From the NCBI GenBank assembly GCA_051294375.1, contig CM119263.1, forward strand, positions 25,323,512 through 25,329,497: a stretch of DNA of 5,986 nt, written 5' to 3'. The translations under genes and the position numbers were made by a program. The notes below the pieces were generated by a model that made no database searches, had not been told where the DNA came from, and saw only the letters and a list, made by a program, of their open reading frames with translations. The DNA comes from Paraspadella gotoi (taxonomy: Eukaryota > Animalia > Chaetognatha). Shown here one piece after another: positions 1 through 5,986 of the stretch (position 1 is its first letter; each line of letters opens with the position of its first letter).

Positions 1-154
1 CCGGGGCGCGCTTTAATCTTCGTCGTCATCATTGTCGTCGTAGAAGTTACCTTTCGTCGTTTTCGCTCATCTTGCTCGACATTCTACATTGTGTTTCACT
101 TTCCAATACTCGTCAGCAACCTTATCATTATCACTCTCATCTAGAATTCTTTGT

Positions 155-301
155 ATCATCATGATAATCAACATCAATCAATCATTCATCATCGTCGACA
201 TCATCATCATTATCAACATCATATCATAATACATCATCGTCATCATCATCATCATCATCATATCTATATCACCACACACCGCGTTCACCATCACCGTCAT
301 C
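155..301. repeat. Degenerate (CAT)n/(ATC)n trinucleotide microsatellite region
   Basis: Many CAT/ATC runs, with a perfect (CAT)7 at 241-261. This explains the His-rich ORF 151..411. Confidence 0.9.
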
Positions 302-319
302 GCTTTCCCACGCCCAGTC

Positions 320-346
320 CGACGACGATGACGACGACGACGACGA
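320..346. repeat. (GAC)n trinucleotide microsatellite
   Basis: cgacgacgatgacgacgacgacgacga, about 9 units with one C>T interruption. Confidence 0.9.
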
Positions 347-481
347 TTTCGTCCGATAATCTAAAAAGTTATCATCGAGGGAAACAACAACAAAAACTCT
401 TGATTCTGTAGACCAGAGATCAAAACTAATCACCCGACGGTCGAGCGCCGATTTCGTCGAGAAAGAAACTGATTTTTTTTT

Positions 482-571
482 GTTGAGGAGGCCAACTCAT
501 TTTTGTTGAGGAGGCCAACTAATTTTTGTTTAGGAGGCCAACTCATTTTTGTTGAGGAGGCCAACTCATTT
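482..571. repeat. 23-bp tandem minisatellite, about 4 copies (GTTGAGGAGGCCAACTCATTTTT)
   Basis: Copies start at 482, 505, 528 and 551 (exact 23-bp period). Copy 2 has CTAA for CTCA, copy 3 has GTTT for GTTG, and copy 4 is truncated in its T-run. A degenerate unit end (AACTGATTTTTTTTT) precedes at 467-481. Confidence 0.95.
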
Positions 572-851
572 CCGCGAAAAAAAAGAGTTGGAGGGTTAGT
601 CGGTCGGTTGGTATTAGTTTTTTGGTCGCGATACAAAATTGAATTGAAAAAGTGGAAAAAAGTGACATAAAACCCGACAAATTATATTGAGGAATTTTTA
701 ATTGTAACTGTAATTGTAAAGGGTTAGCTGGACAGCGCTTCTTATTGCTTCTTCTCGTACAACTTCTGTCGCTGATCCATTCGTCGAGACTTCTTCCAAA
801 ATCAGAGTTTGGGCTCACAAGTCGGAGGTTTTTACTTATGCGCATATTCTG

Positions 852-883
<32 letters not shown>

Positions 884-911
884 CTCTCGTCATCTCTCTC
901 TCTCTCTCTCT
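852..911. repeat. (CT)n microsatellite, interrupted
   Basis: Perfect CT run at 852-880, a short interruption, then a second run at 893-911. Confidence 0.95.
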
Positions 912-1021
912 GGCATAACAAGTCATAACTGAATCGAAATGACTGCGAATATTTTACGTTTTGTTTTTTCTCCGGTCAAGTGTGTAGGGTTAAAAGTGAG
1001 ATAAAGACTGGGAGAATATAG

Positions 1022-1357
1022 GGACAGAGACAGACCGACAGACAGACGTACGAAATGACAGACAGACAGCCATTCTGGCAAACAGAGAAAGGCAGGAAAT
1101 AAGAAAGATATAAATAAAACCAGGATATCAGGACACACAAACAGACCGACTAGCATCCAGGTAAACACTTTAGGAAGAAAGCCAGAAAGACAGACTAGCA
1201 AGAATAAAATCATGAAAACGGACAGAAACACAAGTAGACAGAGAGATGTGTATTATGTAGCCATATTTATCCATAAAAAGACAGACGCACAGAGAGACAG
1301 ACTGACTGAATGACAGGTAAATATTGCGAATCAACACAACTGAATGACTGACTGACG
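1022..1357. repeat. Degenerate (ACAG)n/(ACTG)n tetranucleotide-derived low-complexity region
   Basis: Recurrent gacagacag, gaccgac and gactgactg blocks (about 1022-1069, 1140-1200, 1279-1357) in purine-rich sequence. Confidence 0.7.
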
Positions 1358-1520
1358 AAGAGAGAAAAGAAATTCGATCTCCTTTTTTTTTTCCTCCGAA
1401 GAAGAAAATTTCTTTTTTTTTTCTTCTGAGTCGAGAATCCGAGGAAAAACTGGAAACGAAAATTAATTAGCGAAGATGAAAATCGTCGATTGACAGAAAA
1501 TCGAAAAGGGAAATCCTAAC

Positions 1521-1570
1521 GAGAGAAAGGAGAGAAGAGAGAGAAGAGAGAGAGAGGAGAGAGATGAGAG

Positions 1571-1617
<47 letters not shown>

Positions 1618-1636
1618 GAAAAGGAGAGAAAGAAAA
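1521..1636. repeat. (GA)n microsatellite / polypurine tract
   Basis: About 115 nt, almost all purine, with interrupted GA repeats. Confidence 0.95.
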
Positions 1637-2508
1637 TTCTCGGAAGATTAATATGCGAGTTGAAAGAAGCAAAAGATTAAAGCTGGAAAAAAAAAAAGAA
1701 AAAGAAATAAAAAAAGATTCTTCTGTTCAAAGTGGTTTAGCGAAAGTTGTTAAAGAGAGAGAGAGACACCGGGAGCTCTTCTCTCGTAACCAACGCCGAC
1801 TCGCGGGCAACGCCCACTTTGCGGAAACGGATCCTGGGACCCTTGGGCTTTCACTACCTCTTCTTTCATTCTCTCACTCTTCACTCTCGTCGAAGGATAG
1901 CGTGGCAGTGATTGCGGGTCGGCCAGTTCTGTGCGCCACTCGCGGCCTCTAGTGAGCCTCTTGGAATAACTCGTGCGGCCTCTCATGCGTAGATGTTAAC
2001 GTTTTGTTTTTGATGGGCCCCTTATGTGTCACATTTTATTATCTACCGTTTCTGTATTTATACGCTTTTCTTTCCCATCATTTGTGTTATTCATACCCCT
2101 TAATATAATAATCATTGACACCTTTAGTGCGCCTTTTTCATAACTTTCTTTTACGCGCCAGTTTGGCTCCACTCTGGCGCCTTTTCGCGCGCGATCCTCC
2201 GACTCACGGGAACCACAGGATCGAACCCGACGCCAAACTCACTTTACGCGCGTGCGTATCGCTTTCCGTCTTCGGGGCCCAGAGCTCTGCGTGTGACTAC
2301 ACGCAGACTTCCGGACTCAAATACAACTACATCTGAGTATTGAGCGCGAGACACACACAGAAATACGTGCGAAATGAGAGACAAAAAAGAAAGAGGAATA
2401 GAAGAGAGAGAACAGTATAGAGAGGAAGAGAGAGAGAATCAGTCGCACGCAGGGAAAAAGGAATTATTGGCCCCGCCGACCGTCGGACGAGGGAGAGGCG
2501 TTGGAGCG

Positions 2509-2533
2509 TCTCTCTCTCTTCTCTCTCTCTCTC

Positions 2534-2596
<63 letters not shown>

Positions 2597-2601
2597 TCTC
2601 T
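2509..2601. repeat. (CT)n microsatellite / polypyrimidine tract
   Basis: About 93 nt of uninterrupted pyrimidines, CT repeats with single-base phase slips. Confidence 0.95.
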
Positions 2602-2656
2602 AACGGACGTCGCGAAACGAAGCGGAAAGAAAGCAAAAATCCACGTTCGCGACGCC

Positions 2657-2700
2657 CGCCGCCGCCGCCGCCGCGCCGCCGATGCAGCCTTACGCCGCCG
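2657..2700. repeat. (GCC)n trinucleotide repeat within a GC/CpG-rich segment
   Basis: cgccgccgccgccgccgcgccgccg...cgccgccg. The surrounding 2600-2860 region is visibly CpG-dense. Confidence 0.85.
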
Positions 2701-3289
2701 CGACGGAGACGGAAATTGGACGCGTTTCCATTTAGAAATCGTTTGCGCTCATTGTCGCCAGCGCTCGGGATCGCGGCGGCCGGAAAAAGAAAATCTGTCA
2801 CGACGGTAATGGCGGGTGGAGAAGCGGAGGACGGGAAAGAGGGCGGGGGGGAGGAGAGGGGGAAGGAAGGAGGAAGGAAGTGAAAAGCCAGCGAAGGAGA
2901 CAATCGAGAGAGTAATTCATCCTTTCGTTGTCGCCCTTCGCTGTTTGGGTCCTTAAATGATGAGAGTATTCACCTCGACTCACTCTGGGGAGATCGAAGC
3001 TGGATGAGGAATTTGGGTTTTCCACGAGTTGAAAGTTAAAAAAAGATGACTTTTTAAATCAATGAGACTCGTTGTAAATTAGAGGAGGGTTCGTTTTGAT
3101 AACCGCCTTGTGAAAACAATAAAACAATAGTATTTGTAGGTCACGAATTTAGCAAAATAATGCGAAAATTAAAAATCCGGTTCTTATAAAATAAAAAAAA
3201 AACTAACAAAAAATAACAAAAGATCCCTTCATATTTCGAATGAAGATAAAAAAAGATCGCTACGTTTGTTTTAAACACGCCCATCAAAC

Positions 3290-3429
3290 ATGTCGAAGCA
3301 CACCATGATTCCAATCAAAGGTCATGTAAAAGAAGCGACCCCAACCGGAGAAGCGCCAATGGGTTCCTCGGCGGAGTCGATTAACCGTTTGGCAAATGAT
3401 AATGGAAGGAAGATGGAAAGAGGAAAAGG
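3290..3429 (+). CDS. Candidate first coding exon of an unknown gene (MSKHTMIPIKGHVKEATPTGEAPMGSSAESINRLANDNGRKMERGK...), unconfirmed
   Basis: The ATG at 3290 sits in a TCAAAC-ATG context. The frame stays open up to a near-consensus donor AGG|GTAAGT (GT at 3430-3431), which overlaps the in-frame TAA. No homology recognised. Confidence 0.25.
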
Positions 3430-3632
3430 GTAAGTTGGTCGAAGGTAAGCGATAATCGAACCACGGAAGAATAGGAAAGGACCGCCCTTCTCTCTCCTCC
3501 TGCTCCTCCTCCCTTCCATCATACCGTCTAAAATCTCCCTCCATTAAGGTCCAATAATTCTCTTCGACGTCAGAAGAGAAAAAAAAAAACGCGAGGCGCG
3601 AATCGGCGCCAATTATCGACAGATCTGGCGAC

Positions 3633-3791
3633 GATGTTTGGCGGATGACATCTGACTGGGATGTCTGGCGGATGGGACTTGGCGGCAAGGATTTCTGGCG
3701 GATGACGTTCGATCTGTATGTCTAGGAGTTGACACTTGGTGCCGTTGATGTCTGAGTCATGACAATTTGACAAGGATACCTTGGGGACGAG
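3633..3791. repeat. Degenerate tandem array with a 17-bp core GATGTCTGGCGGATGAC, 5-6 copies
   Basis: Cores start at 3633, 3660, 3690, 3717, 3747 and (weak) 3775, giving spacings of 27, 30, 27, 30 and 28. Confidence 0.75.
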
Positions 3792-4354
3792 TTCATATTT
3801 TTTGCTCGAAGAAGTTGGCTGTTAAAAATTTCAGAGATGATAATTTTGTTGGGTTTCGTGGAATATGGAGATATTAGAAGATGACCATCAATAAAATCAA
3901 TCGAAGAGCTTCTCATGAAAAATTCCATACTTTTTTGATCTTTCTCTAAATTGTAGTTTTTTTTTACAAAAAGCTTTACAAACCAAACACATTGCTTGGC
4001 CTGCAATCGAGTTGGTTTCCGTCTGAACATAAAATTCTTAAATCTACCCGATTGGTTATTACAAACTAGTAGAATACACAGTTGTAAATGAAAAAAATAA
4101 CATCAAACTTTTAAATGTTTGTAAAAATCCTGATATATATATTGTACAATCTGCATCTAAATGGAAATCAACGGCGCATAAAATGAGAAAGAAAAAGAAG
4201 CGACAAAAAAAAAAAGTCCTCTTTTTGCCTCACGGAATTGTAGACGGAAGAAAGAGACGCGAGGAACCGGGTCGCGAGAGAAAGACGACTACTCCAATAT
4301 GCAAATGGGACGATGATGCAAATCATGAGGCATCGGTTTATGGTCCTCGTCGGG

Positions 4355-4389
4355 TCTCTTCTCTCTCTCTCTTCTCTCTTCTCTCTCAC

Positions 4390-4439
<50 letters not shown>
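4355..4439. repeat. (CT)n microsatellite running into an assembly gap
   Basis: Interrupted CT repeat ending at the first N (4440). Confidence 0.95.
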
Positions 4440-4872
4440 NNNNNNNNNNNNNNNNNNNNNNNNNNNNNNNNNNNNNNNNNNNNNNNNNNNNNNNNNNNNN
4501 NNNNNNNNNNNNNNNNNNNNNNNNNNNNNNNNNNNNNNNNNNNNNNNNNNNNNNNNNNNNNNNNNNNNNNNNNNNNNNNNNNNNNNNNNNNNNNNNNNNN
4601 NNNNNNNNNNNNNNNNNNNNNNNNNNNNNNNNNNNNNNNNNNNNNNNNNNNNNNNNNNNNNNNNNNNNNNNNNNNNNNNNNNNNNNNNNNNNNNNNNNNN
4701 NNNNNNNNNNNNNNNNNNNNNNNNNNNNNNNNNNNNNNNNNNNNNNNNNNNNNNNNNNNNNNNNNNNNNNNNNNNNNNNNNNNNNNNNNNNNNNNNNNNN
4801 NNNNNNNNNNNNNNNNNNNNNNNNNNNNNNNNNNNNNNNNNNNNNNNNNNNNNNNNNNNNNNNNNNNNNNNN
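4440..4872. other. Assembly gap (433 N)
   Basis: Run of N characters. Confidence 1.
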
Positions 4873-5227
4873 CCGCCCTTTTCCTCCGTCCCTTTATCCT
4901 CTAACGTCCGCCTCGATTTACATTCGAGATCCACCCGGTCCCACTTTGCCCCCTTTTTCTCACGCCACCACAACGCTGTCGTTTTTGTCTTATTTTATCA
5001 TATGTATCAGACACAACTTCAATCAGGAACACATACTACAACCCACTTTGAAACCACAAACTGCTCAAAACCCACTTTTATCCCAAGACCATCCGATATT
5101 TTTGCAGCCCTTTCCATTTTTTTTTTTCTCCCTTTTCCCTATTCCTGATCTTTCACAAACATCCAAACGACCACCACAGTGTTTTAGCCTTTCCCCACTA
5201 CTGCCCTCTCAGACGCTGGAGCCCCCT

Positions 5228-5544
5228 NNNNNNNNNNNNNNNNNNNNNNNNNNNNNNNNNNNNNNNNNNNNNNNNNNNNNNNNNNNNNNNNNNNNNNNNN
5301 NNNNNNNNNNNNNNNNNNNNNNNNNNNNNNNNNNNNNNNNNNNNNNNNNNNNNNNNNNNNNNNNNNNNNNNNNNNNNNNNNNNNNNNNNNNNNNNNNNNN
5401 NNNNNNNNNNNNNNNNNNNNNNNNNNNNNNNNNNNNNNNNNNNNNNNNNNNNNNNNNNNNNNNNNNNNNNNNNNNNNNNNNNNNNNNNNNNNNNNNNNNN
5501 NNNNNNNNNNNNNNNNNNNNNNNNNNNNNNNNNNNNNNNNNNNN
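5228..5544. other. Assembly gap (317 N)
   Basis: Run of N characters. Confidence 1.
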
Positions 5545-5570
5545 TCTCTCTCTCTCTCTCTCTCTCTCTC
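5545..5570. repeat. (TC)13 microsatellite emerging from the gap
   Basis: Perfect TC repeat directly after the last N. Confidence 0.95.
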
Positions 5571-5900
5571 CATCTTTTCTCGTTTCGCCTTTGCTCAAGC
5601 GAAAAATAATTTTTGCTGAGATTAAAAAAGTTTTGAGAGTTTAATTCCAGCGTGCCTTTTATGTACGAAGCGAGGCGTTCTTTTTTTGTTTTACCATTAT
5701 TATTACAGCAAGCATATAATGTTTTTTGAGTTTATTTAAAGAAAGTTTACGTAGACTTAATAAAGTACAATTTGAGCTTCTCGTCAGTAAAGCAAACGTT
5801 ATCTTAAAGTTTTGAGCGGTTCTGATCTGGTGAATTCACGGACGTGATTTTCCTCTCAACCCGGCGATTCGGAGCCGTCTAGTCTTTGGTTTCTTAAATC

Positions 5901-5950
5901 TAATTTGCATATTGCAGCGTGATTAACCTTGAGCGCGTTTGCCGTGATTA
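5901..5950. promoter_or_regulatory. Putative enhancer-like motif cluster (octamer plus two CGTGATTA)
   Basis: ATTTGCAT at 5903-5910, and CGTGATTA at 5918-5925 and 5943-5950. Motif matches only. Confidence 0.25.
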
Positions 5951-5986
5951 CGTTTGATATTACCTTCTCTATTCTAAAAGTTTTTT

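Noticed and set aside
151-411. His-rich ORF (86 aa)
   Set aside because: TTG start, and the sequence is just the translation of (CAT)n and (GAC)n microsatellites.
482-571. CRISPR-like appearance of the 23-bp palindromic repeats, with an AGGAGG Shine-Dalgarno-like core
   Set aside because: Units are head-to-tail with no unique spacers, there are no cas genes, and the context looks eukaryotic.
592-727. AGGGTTAG telomere-like words at about 592 and 720
   Set aside because: Isolated 8-mers, not tandem telomeric repeats.
923-1231. Hydrophobic 'membrane protein' ORF on the minus strand
   Set aside because: The hydrophobicity comes from the reverse complement of the purine-rich (ACAG)n low-complexity region.
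2374-2903. Overlapping ORFs of 102-169 aa with LS/RE/poly-P/poly-G runs
   Set aside because: They are kept open by stop-free (CT)n and (GCC)n repeats and high GC, and no domain is recognisable.
3633-3791. Mini-CRISPR interpretation of the core-plus-linker array
   Set aside because: Cores are degenerate, linkers are only 10-13 nt and resemble each other, and there are no cas genes.
4940-5078. CCCACTTT repeated three times (4940, 5042, 5071)
   Set aside because: Short motif in C/A/T-biased sequence with irregular spacing, plausible by chance.
4183-5644. Long ORFs (321, 443, 195 and 129 aa)
   Set aside because: Artefacts of reading through N-gaps and CT repeats.
5862-5883. Helitron-like 3' end (CGGC...GCCG hairpin then CTAG|T)
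   Set aside because: The stem is only about 4 bp and lies 1 nt from CTAG rather than about 10 nt, and no 5' end is identifiable.

Overview
Draft-assembly sequence that looks eukaryotic and is essentially non-coding (intergenic or intronic). It is dominated by microsatellites: (CT)/(GA)n, (CAT)n, (GAC)n, (GCC)n and degenerate (ACAG)n. There are two N-gaps (4440-4872 and 5228-5544), each abutting a (CT)n tract. CpG is abundant, which fits a lightly methylated, probably invertebrate genome (inference). No recognisable protein gene, RNA gene, transposase or CRISPR array is present, and most listed ORFs are translations of simple repeats or gaps. Structures worth follow-up are: (1) a 4x23-bp minisatellite ending in a hairpin and bracketed by imperfect inverted repeats (411-627); (2) two adjacent minus-strand stem-loops sharing a UGU-AGUY apex, upstream of a B-box-like motif (2218-2338); (3) a candidate first coding exon absent from the ORF track (3290-3429); (4) a degenerate 17-bp-core array with 27/30-bp alternating spacing (3633-3791); (5) octamer/Pax-like motif clusters. 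None of these establishes a new biological system from sequence alone.
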